This document shows positions 36,551 through 43,389 of a DNA stretch of 43,389 nucleotides, one piece after another; positions within the stretch are counted from its first letter, which is position 1; each line of letters opens with the position of its first letter. Made by a program: the position numbers and the translations under genes. The notes below the pieces were generated by a model. That model saw only the letters and a program-made list of their open reading frames with translations. It had not been told where the DNA came from and ran no database searches. The DNA is from Actinomycetota bacterium. Its GTDB lineage: Bacteria; Actinomycetota; CADDZG01; JAHWKV01. The DNA is taken from the NCBI GenBank assembly GCA_036260105.1, contig DATAAN010000123.1:1-43389 (forward strand). Reading direction: 5' to 3'.

Positions 36551-37597
36551 ATGCCGATAGCCAACGATCAAGCCTTTACGTTCATGGGCCGTGACATGGC
36601 CGTCGACCTGGGCACCGCAAACACCCTGGTCTACGTCCGTGGACGGGGCATCGTGCTGAACGAGCCCTCGGTGGTGGCCCTCAACACAAAGACCGGCGCC
36701 ATCCTGGCGGTAGGCATCGAGGCGAAGCGCATGATCGGCCGTACCCCAGGCCACATCCTGGCCATCCGGCCTCTCAAGGACGGCGTCATCGCCGACTTCG
36801 AGGTCACCGAGAAGATGCTCCGGTACTTCATCCAGCGGGTGCACAAGCGGCGCATGCTGGCCAAGCCCCGGGTCGTGATCTGCGTTCCATCAGGAATCAC
36901 CGGCGTTGAGCAGCGGGCGGTCGAGGACGCCACCATCGCCGCCGGAGCGCGTAAGGTGTTCATCATCGAGGAGCCCATGGCGGCGGCCATCGGGGCCGGC
37001 CTGCCGGTTCACGAGCCGGCCGGCAACATGGTGGTCGACATCGGAGGCGGGACCACCGAGGTCGCGGTGATCTCGCTCGGCGGCATCGTCACCAGCCTGT
37101 CCACCCGCATCGGCGGCGACGAGCTGGACGACGCGATCATCAACTACATCAAGAAGGAGTACTCGCTGATGCTGGGCGAGCGGACGGCCGAGGAGATAAA
37201 GATGACGATCGGCTCGGCGTTCCCGCTGCCCGACGAGCCTCACGCGGAGATCCGGGGCCGGGATCTGGTCACCGGTCTCCCGAAGACGATCATCGTCTCC
37301 TCCGAGGAGATCCGGCGGGCACTGGAGGAGCCGGTGCACGCCATCATCGACTCGGTCAAGACCACCCTGGACAAGACGCCGCCCGAGCTGGCAGCGGACA
37401 TCATGGAGAAGGGAATTGTGCTCACCGGCGGAGGGGCTCTGCTCAAGGGCCTGGACGAGCGGCTGAAGCATGAGACCGGCATGCCGATCCACGTTGCGGA
37501 GTCGGCGCTGTCGGCGGTAGCCATCGGGTCCGGCAAGTGCCTGGAGGAGTTCCAGGCGCTGAAGCGGGTCCTCATCTCGTCGGGTTCCGGCCGCTAA
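36551..37597 (+). CDS. mreB: Rod shape-determining protein MreB
   Basis: ATG at 36551 lies 8 nt after GGAG. Actin-fold motifs [33 protein letters not shown] and [12 protein letters not shown] are present. Confidence 0.9.
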   Translation: MPIANDQAFTFMGRDMAVDLGTANTLVYVRGRGIVLNEPSVVALNTKTGAILAVGIEAKRMIGRTPGHILAIRPLKDGVIADFEVTEKMLRYFIQRVHKRRMLAKPRVVICVPSGITGVEQRAVEDATIAAGARKVFIIEEPMAAAIGAGLPVHEPAGNMVVDIGGGTTEVAVISLGGIVTSLSTRIGGDELDDAIINYIKKEYSLMLGERTAEEIKMTIGSAFPLPDEPHAEIRGRDLVTGLPKTIIVSSEEIRRALEEPVHAIIDSVKTTLDKTPPELAADIMEKGIVLTGGGALLKGLDERLKHETGMPIHVAESALSAVAIGSGKCLEEFQALKRVLISSGSGR

Positions 37598-37713
37598 CCA
37601 GCCTCCTGGCGGCTCAAGTTTCTTCGCGTTGGCCCGAGTAATTTGACTTCGGTCTACATACCCACAAGTAGAATGACCCGGACGCTGTCCACTCGGAAGG
37701 GACGCCACAAGAT

Positions 37714-38565
37714 TTGATGTACCGCAAGTCCACCAGGCATCGGCTCGCGCTCGCAGCGCTCCTGGCCGCAACCGCCACGGTGGTGACCATGGACTTTCGC
37801 GAGAACACCGGGGGCCCGCTCCACCGGGCCCAGGACATGGCCATCTCCGTCGTCGCTCCGCTACAGGACGGCATCGGCCAGGTCTTCGGTCCGGTCGGCG
37901 ACTTCCTCTCCGACCTGGGCAACATAGGCGACCTCAAGGAGGAGAACGCGCGCCTCAGCACCGAGCTGGAGCGGATGACCGCCCAACAGCGCCGGCTTCC
38001 CGAGATCCTGAGGGAGAACGAACGCCTCAAGGAGCTGGTTGCCGCCAACGACCAGGACTGGACCCAGGGCAGGACCCTTGCCGTCCAGGTCATCGGGAAC
38101 GGGCCCTCCAACTACGAGTGGACCGCCTTCATCAACAAAGGCTCCGCCGACGGGATCCGGGAGAACATGGCCGTGGTGTCGGCCCAGGGGCTGGTCGGCC
38201 GCACCTTCTTCGTGTCGGAGAAGTACTCGAAGGTCCTGCTGCTCATCGACCCGCAGCACTCGGTGGGCGCTCGGCTGACCGGCTCGGGGGAGACCGGCGT
38301 CGCGTCGGGTCGCAGCCTCGAGGACCTTCGGATGGATCTCATCAGCCCGGACGTGGAGATCAAGGACGGGGAGACGGTGGTGACTTCTGGCTTCGATCGC
38401 GGCATCTTCCCCGGGGGCATCCCGATCGGCCGGGTGACCGAGGTGGCAAAGAACGCCGACGGCCTGACCAAGACGGCTAGAGTCGAGCCGGTCGTGAACT
38501 TCACCGCGCTGGACAAGCTGCTGGTCCTACTCGACTCCGGTCCCGTTGAGCAGCCACAGCCTTGA
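37714..38565 (+). CDS. mreC: Rod shape-determining protein MreC
   Basis: N-terminal TM anchor (LALAALLAATATVV), a coiled coil (LKEENARLSTELERMTAQQRRL) and a beta-barrel domain (MAVVSAQGLVGRT...VVTSG..GIFPGGIPIGRV). The start is TTG 37714 or ATG 37717. Confidence 0.85.
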   Translation: MMYRKSTRHRLALAALLAATATVVTMDFRENTGGPLHRAQDMAISVVAPLQDGIGQVFGPVGDFLSDLGNIGDLKEENARLSTELERMTAQQRRLPEILRENERLKELVAANDQDWTQGRTLAVQVIGNGPSNYEWTAFINKGSADGIRENMAVVSAQGLVGRTFFVSEKYSKVLLLIDPQHSVGARLTGSGETGVASGRSLEDLRMDLISPDVEIKDGETVVTSGFDRGIFPGGIPIGRVTEVAKNADGLTKTARVEPVVNFTALDKLLVLLDSGPVEQPQP

Positions 38566-38582
38566 GGACAGGCTGACCTGTC

Positions 38583-39089
38583 ATGAAACGGCCGGCGATC
38601 TTCGGGCTGACCCTGCTCACGGCAGTCCTGCTGCAGACGACGATCTTCTCCAAGCTGAAGATCCTGGGCGTCTCGCCCGACCTCCTTCTCGCCGTCGTCA
38701 TCTGCTTCGCGCTGCTGGAGGGCCCCACGGTCGGCGGAGTGCTCGGGTTCTCCGGAGGGTTCCTGCGGGACCTGCTGCTGGACGCGCCGATCGGCTTGAC
38801 GGGGCTGGCGTACCTCACGGTGGGGTATATCGCCGGGAGCATCCGGCCCTACATCAGCTCGACCAGCGTCTTCGTCCCGGCGGCGGGTGTTTTCACCGGA
38901 ACCGCGGTCGCCACGCTGCTCTACGAGGTCTTCCAGGCCCTGCTCGGGCAGCGAACACCGCCGATCTCGCGCGGCGTCCAGGTGATCCTGTTAACCGCGC
39001 TCTACAACACGATTCTTGTGCCCTTCATCTACCCGCCGGTGCGGCGGATCGTCTCCTTCTACCGGCCGGAGAGGGTCTACCAGTGGTAG
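38583..39089 (+). CDS. mreD: Rod shape-determining protein MreD
   Basis: 168-aa polytopic membrane protein immediately after mreC. It has the typical PDLLLAVVICFAL segment. Confidence 0.8.
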   Translation: MKRPAIFGLTLLTAVLLQTTIFSKLKILGVSPDLLLAVVICFALLEGPTVGGVLGFSGGFLRDLLLDAPIGLTGLAYLTVGYIAGSIRPYISSTSVFVPAAGVFTGTAVATLLYEVFQALLGQRTPPISRGVQVILLTALYNTILVPFIYPPVRRIVSFYRPERVYQW

Positions 39090-39099
39090 GGGGCGCCGC

Positions 39100-41013
39100 A
39101 TGAACCAGGTTGCACTCGGCACCACGCGGCTCAGGCTCGCGTTCCTGGGAGCGATCTTCGCCTCGCTGATCGCCACGCTGGTCCTCCGGCTCTACTTCCT
39201 GCAGGTGCTGAGCACCGAGGAGTTCACCGCCGGCGCCGAGCGCAACCAGATCCGCGTCGTGCCCGAAGAGCCGGCCCGAGGCCAGATCCTCGACCGCAAC
39301 GGAAAGGTCCTGGTTTCCAACGGTATGTCGCTCGTGGTGACGATCAGCAAGCAGGAGCTCAGCGGGGAGCAGCTCGAGCAGGTGAAGCAGCGGGTCGCTG
39401 ATGCCCTGCGCATTCCCGTCGCCGAGATCGACAAGAAGCTGGAGGACAAGACTCTGTCGGCCTTCACGCCGATCCCGGTGGCCGAGAACGTGCCGGAAGA
39501 CACAGTGGTCTACATCCGGGAGCACCAGCACCTGTTCCCAGGTGTGGAGACGAAGGCGCAGCCGACCAGGGTCTACCCGAACGGCAAGCTTGCATCCCAC
39601 ACGCTCGGCTACCTGGGCGAGATCCTTCCCGAGCAGGTGGACGACGAGCGCTACAAGGACATGAAGTACCGGCCGGGCGCCATCATCGGGCGCGGCGGCA
39701 TCGAGTACGCCTACGAGGAGCAGCTCCACGGAAAGGAGGGGCTGCGCAAGCTCGAGGTCGACTCCAGCGGCGACGTTCGCCGGGTGCTAGGCCGGGTCGA
39801 GCCCCAGAAGGGCAAGGACCTCGTCACGACCATCGACGTGGACATCCAGAGGATCACCGAGGAATCGCTGGCGCAGGGCCTGGAGAAGGCGCGCACCATC
39901 TACCACAAGGAGTCGGGAAAGAAGTACGTTGCGCCGGCCGGCGGCGCCGTCGTCATGGACCCGCGCAACGGTGAGATCCTCGCCATGGCTTCGTTTCCCG
40001 ACTACGACCCGGGAGCGTTCGTGGGCGGCATCAGCCAGGCTGAGTACGACGTTCTCACCAACGACCCGGCGCTGCCGCTGTTGAACCGGGCGATCCAGGT
40101 TTCGTTCCCTCCGGGTTCCACCTTCAAGCCGGTCACCGCAGCCGCTGCGCTGGAGACGGGAGTGGCTGCCCCCAATCAGCGGTACGCCTGCCCCGGCTCC
40201 CTGCGGATAGCGGACAGGACCTTCAGGAACTGGAAGACGAGCGATTCCGGAATGCTCACGTTCAACCAGTCGATGGCGGACTCGTGCGACACGGTGTTCT
40301 ACCGCTGGGGCGAGGAGTTCTACAGGACCTTCCGCAGCAACCGTACCGAGGTGCTGCAGGACTACGCCCGCCGGTTCGGCTTCGGCTCGAAAACCGGAAT
40401 CGAGATCCCGTTCGAGAAGGCCGGCCGCGTGCCGGACGAAGGGTGGCTGAAGGCGGTCAACAAGCAGCGGCCGGACGCTTTCCCCTACGCGACGTGGCTG
40501 CCCGGCTACACCATCAACATGTCAATCGGACAGGGCGACGTGCTGGCCACCCCCCTCCAGCTTGCCAACGCCTACGCGGCGATCGCTAACGGTGGCAAGC
40601 TGCACCGGCCGCACCTCGCCAAGGGCCTCATCGACGGAACCGGCGAGCAGCCAATTCCCAAGGACGGCTCGGACAGCCGTACGGTGCCCATCAACCCGGC
40701 CACGTTACAGGCTCTGCGGAGTAGTTTGGAGGCGGTGACCACCGTAGGCACCGCGGCGAGCACATTCGTGAACTCCCCGCTGAACGCCATCGGCGTCGCG
40801 GGCAAGACGGGGACGGCGGAGTTCGCCGGCAAGCAGCCTCACGCCTGGTTCGCGGCGTACGCCCCCGCCCGTGACCCCCAGTACGTGGTGGCCGTGATGC
40901 TGGAGGAGGGCGGCCACGGCGGCGAGACCGCGGCGCCGATCGCCCGCCGCATCTTCGAAGGCATCTTCGACCTGAACCTGTCCGAGATCCAGGTACAGGC
41001 GGCGGTGGACTGA
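39100..41013 (+). CDS. mrdA: Penicillin-binding protein 2 (elongasome transpeptidase)
   Basis: Starting at MNQVALGTTRLRLAFLGAIFASLIATLVL (TM anchor). RGQILDRNGKVL is the PBP dimerisation domain. Transpeptidase motifs STFKP (SxxK), SCD (SxN-like) and KTGTAE (KTG) are present. Confidence 0.9.
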   Translation: MNQVALGTTRLRLAFLGAIFASLIATLVLRLYFLQVLSTEEFTAGAERNQIRVVPEEPARGQILDRNGKVLVSNGMSLVVTISKQELSGEQLEQVKQRVADALRIPVAEIDKKLEDKTLSAFTPIPVAENVPEDTVVYIREHQHLFPGVETKAQPTRVYPNGKLASHTLGYLGEILPEQVDDERYKDMKYRPGAIIGRGGIEYAYEEQLHGKEGLRKLEVDSSGDVRRVLGRVEPQKGKDLVTTIDVDIQRITEESLAQGLEKARTIYHKESGKKYVAPAGGAVVMDPRNGEILAMASFPDYDPGAFVGGISQAEYDVLTNDPALPLLNRAIQVSFPPGSTFKPVTAAAALETGVAAPNQRYACPGSLRIADRTFRNWKTSDSGMLTFNQSMADSCDTVFYRWGEEFYRTFRSNRTEVLQDYARRFGFGSKTGIEIPFEKAGRVPDEGWLKAVNKQRPDAFPYATWLPGYTINMSIGQGDVLATPLQLANAYAAIANGGKLHRPHLAKGLIDGTGEQPIPKDGSDSRTVPINPATLQALRSSLEAVTTVGTAASTFVNSPLNAIGVAGKTGTAEFAGKQPHAWFAAYAPARDPQYVVAVMLEEGGHGGETAAPIARRIFEGIFDLNLSEIQVQAAVD

Positions 41014-41020
41014 TGGCCCG

Positions 41021-42199
41021 ATGACGGACTTCGCAGAGTTCGGCAGCCGGCACTACGCCGGGCGGGACCGCCTGTCGATGTCCTCGAAGGCACCGATCCG
41101 CCACGTCGACGGGTGGCTCATCCTCGCCGTCATGGGGCTTACCGCCATCGGCTGCATTGCTATCCGGTCGGCGTCGGCGCCCATCCTCGAGGTCAACGAC
41201 CTGGACCCGGATTACTACCTGAAGCGGCAGCTGATCTTCTTCTCACTGGCCACGATCACGTTCGGTTTGGCGCTGCTGGTGGACTACCGTCACCTGCAGC
41301 CGTACACGCCGTTCCTCTACGTCGGCGTGGTGTTCCTCCTGCTGCTGGTCCTGACGCCGTTCGGGCAGACGGTGAAAGGGGCGCAGCGATGGATCAACCT
41401 CGGGGTCTTCCAGCTTCAGCCGGCTGAGGTGATGAAGATGGGATACATCCTCTTCCTGGCCACGGTCCTCTCCCGGGAGAGGCGTCAGGACGTGCCGGAA
41501 CCGGGGATCACTCCGGTTATCCAGGCGACGATCCTGGCGGCAGTGCCCGCGTTTTTGATCTTCCTGCAGCCGGACCTTGGCTCTGCCCTGGTGCTGTGCG
41601 CGATTGCGTTTGCAGTGCTGCTGGTTGCCGGCGTGCAGATCCGGTGGATGGTCCTGGTGGTGATCGCCGCCTTCGCGGTGGCGCTGGTGGCGCTGCGCCT
41701 GGACATATTGCACGAGTACCAGGTGGCCCGGCTCACCGCCTTCATGGATGCCGAAGCTGACCCACGCGGGCCCGGATTCAACCTGGAGCAGTCCAAGATC
41801 GCGATCGGTTCGGGCGGGATCGGCGGCAAGGGGTGGGGGAAGGGCACGCAGACAAACCTGGCCTACGTCCCCGAGCAGCGTACCGACTTCATCTTCACCG
41901 CCATCGGTGAGGAGCAGGGATTCCTGGGAGGCCTTCTCATCCTGGGGCTGTTCAGCGTCGTCCTATGGAGATGCGTGCGGACGGCTATGCTTTCGAAAGA
42001 CCTTTTTGGTGCACTCGTGGCCGGCGGAGTTGCGGCCATGCTCGCTTTTCAGTTGTTCGTAAATATCGGCATGACGATCGGCATAATGCCCATCACCGGC
42101 ATTCCTCTGCCCTTCGTGTCGTATGGAGGCACCTCGCTGATCACCAGCTTTGCTGGCGTGGGTTTGGTGATGAACATCCATATGCGCCGATTCGTTTAG
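41021..42199 (+). CDS. rodA: SEDS-family peptidoglycan glycosyltransferase RodA
   Basis: FtsW/RodA/SpoVE family: about 10 TM helices, QLQPAEVMK, PEQRTDFIFTAIGEEQGFLG and GIPLPFVSYGGTSL. It follows PBP2. Confidence 0.9.
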   Translation: MTDFAEFGSRHYAGRDRLSMSSKAPIRHVDGWLILAVMGLTAIGCIAIRSASAPILEVNDLDPDYYLKRQLIFFSLATITFGLALLVDYRHLQPYTPFLYVGVVFLLLLVLTPFGQTVKGAQRWINLGVFQLQPAEVMKMGYILFLATVLSRERRQDVPEPGITPVIQATILAAVPAFLIFLQPDLGSALVLCAIAFAVLLVAGVQIRWMVLVVIAAFAVALVALRLDILHEYQVARLTAFMDAEADPRGPGFNLEQSKIAIGSGGIGGKGWGKGTQTNLAYVPEQRTDFIFTAIGEEQGFLGGLLILGLFSVVLWRCVRTAMLSKDLFGALVAGGVAAMLAFQLFVNIGMTIGIMPITGIPLPFVSYGGTSLITSFAGVGLVMNIHMRRFV

Positions 42200-42211
42200 A
42201 TCGGAGAGGAA

Positions 42212-43389
42212 TTGAATGATCAACCCGCAGAGGCGGTAGAAGCCAAACCGCCGACTGCCGGCGCGAAGTCGCCCCGCAGGCGGCGGACCGCTCCCAAGAG
42301 CAGTGCCGCCGAGGATTCCGGCGGCGAGCAGTCCGGCCAGACCACCATCGTTGCCGAAGCCCCCGGCCCGGCGGCCGAGGGCAGTGGGGAGCCGGCTGCC
42401 GAGGCCAAGCCGGTCCGAGCGCGCCGGACCCGCAAGCCCAAGGCGGCCGACGATAAGCCCGCTGCTGAGACGCCGGCCCCGGCGCAACCGGCTGCCGGCG
42501 ACATCGCAGCCGGGGCGGCCCAGTCTCCAGGTTCCACCGGCGACAGCGAGTCATCGCCGTCGTCGGACTCCAGCGACGGGCGCCCGTCGGCCCCCTTCGC
42601 CGAGCGGAGATCTCGCGCCCGAAAGCCCCGGACCGCAGCCGCCAAGGCGGATGCCCCGCCGGCGGAAGGTGAAGCTCCTGCCGAGGGTGTGCCAGCATCA
42701 AAGCTTGCCGCCCGGGACGAAGACGCTTCGGGCGTTGCTGCGGACGCCGGTCCACCAGGGGATGGCGGTTCAGATGGGGCAGCCGACGAAACGGCTGCCG
42801 CACCGGCCAAGGGCCGGAGCCGCCGGCGCAAGACGCGGGCATCGGGGGCGGCCACCTCGGAGGAGGCAGCCGCCGAGTCTGAGTTAGGGTCCTCCTCGGC
42901 AGCCGAGGCTGCGGTCGACGTCTCCTCGGAGTCGGGGGCCGAGGAACAGCCCGGCCCCATGTCGGCCGCCGATGCAGCCGACGACGGGCAGGAGGACGGC
43001 GCCGCCGCGGGCGGGAGTGCCACCGCCCGGACGAGAAACCGCAGGCGCCGGTCGCGTAGCCGCGGTGGAGGCTCCGGGTCGGACCAGCAGGTGGCTCGAG
43101 GGAACGGCGAAGTGCCCGCCGAGGGCTCCGCTGCCGGATCCAACGGATCGGCCCCGGCCGCCGCCACCGTCCCCGCGCTCGTCGAGTCGCAGACCGACAG
43201 CCGCCAGCCCTCTTCTTCTCGTGGGCGTAAGGGTCGTCGCACGAGCCGCCGGCCGCGAATGGAGCACATCGCTCCCCTCGGGCCCCGCAAGATGCTCGTT
43301 TCCTCCGGTGAGACGCGAAGCCAGATCGCCGTCCTGGAAGGCCGTGAGCTCATCGAGCACTACGTCGCCAACCACGCTGACGAGTCCAT
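42212..43389 (+). CDS. rne: Ribonuclease E/G, 5' part (disordered Arg/Ala/Pro/Ser/Glu-rich N-terminal extension plus start of the S1/catalytic domain); continues beyond the window
   Basis: By hand translation the frame is open from the in-frame stop at 42197-42199 to the window end. TTG 42212 follows GGAGAGGA. Third codon positions are strongly G/C. The last 34 codons read RKMLVSSGETRSQIAVLEGRELIEHYVANHADES, the canonical start of the RNase E/G catalytic domain. It is absent from the ORF track, probably because there is no stop in the window. Confidence 0.8.
   Translation, partial: MNDQPAEAVEAKPPTAGAKSPRRRRTAPKSSAAEDSGGEQSGQTTIVAEAPGPAAEGSGEPAAEAKPVRARRTRKPKAADDKPAAETPAPAQPAAGDIAAGAAQSPGSTGDSESSPSSDSSDGRPSAPFAERRSRARKPRTAAAKADAPPAEGEAPAEGVPASKLAARDEDASGVAADAGPPGDGGSDGAADETAAAPAKGRSRRRKTRASGAATSEEAAAESELGSSSAAEAAVDVSSESGAEEQPGPMSAADAADDGQEDGAAAGGSATARTRNRRRRSRSRGGGSGSDQQVARGNGEVPAEGSAAGSNGSAPAAATVPALVESQTDSRQPSSSRGRKGRRTSRRPRMEHIAPLGPRKMLVSSGETRSQIAVLEGRELIEHYVANHADES

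Noticed and set aside
37643-37674. TTGACT ... TAGAAT promoter-like hexamers upstream of mreC
   Set aside because: Both hexamers are near-consensus, but the spacer is 20 nt, outside the usual 16-19 nt window. Only the -10-like TAGAAT (37669-37674) might be functional. There is not enough evidence to call a feature.
42220-43353. 377-aa minus-strand ORF listed in the ORF track
   Set aside because: It is the antisense shadow of the plus-strand RNase E N-terminal region. Its composition is extreme (Ala/Ser/Pro/Arg/Gly) and it has no ribosome-binding site. The plus frame has strong GC3 bias and runs directly into a recognisable RNase E/G catalytic-domain start.

Overview
This is a high-GC, densely coding chromosomal window whose gene order looks actinobacterial. 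I found no rRNA, tRNA, CRISPR array, transposase, integrase or obvious defence genes.

Layout:
- 1-5328: treX(glgX)-treY-treZ operon, which makes trehalose from glycogen.
- 5.3-17.3 kb: mixed stress and accessory genes. These are an orphan STAS protein, a membrane protein, a Crp/Fnr regulator, a phosphoribosyltransferase-erythromycin-esterase fusion, a small Cys/His protein plus a 427-aa membrane protein of unknown function, an LLM oxidoreductase, a CBS-pair protein with a basic repeat tail, a HAD hydrolase, a HhH-PHP protein and a FAD/Rieske oxidoreductase.
- 17.3-22.8 kb, minus strand: a secreted coiled-coil M23 peptidase and a four-gene sugar-type ABC importer.
- 22.9-27.5 kb: tig-clpP-clpX-clpX.
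- 27.6-31.4 kb: a small stress island (TPR membrane protein, HdeD, tandem USP, MsrA, lipoprotein).
- 31.6-43.4 kb: the conserved valS-folC-ndk-mreB-mreC-mreD-PBP2-rodA block. It is followed by the 5' part of an RNase E/G gene that the ORF track misses, because it has a TTG start and no stop inside the window.

The most unusual observation is a tandem pair of complete, roughly 90% identical clpX genes downstream of a single clpP. Secondary points are the uncharacterised PRTase-Ere fusion, the small-protein/DUF4332-like membrane protein pair, a STAS protein with Cys at the phospho-Ser position, and a palindrome-rich hdeD/usp control region.

I do not see a clear-cut novel multi-gene system. The claims above are hypotheses based on reading the translations by eye. 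Many very long ORFs in the track are high-GC antisense or off-frame artefacts and were rejected.
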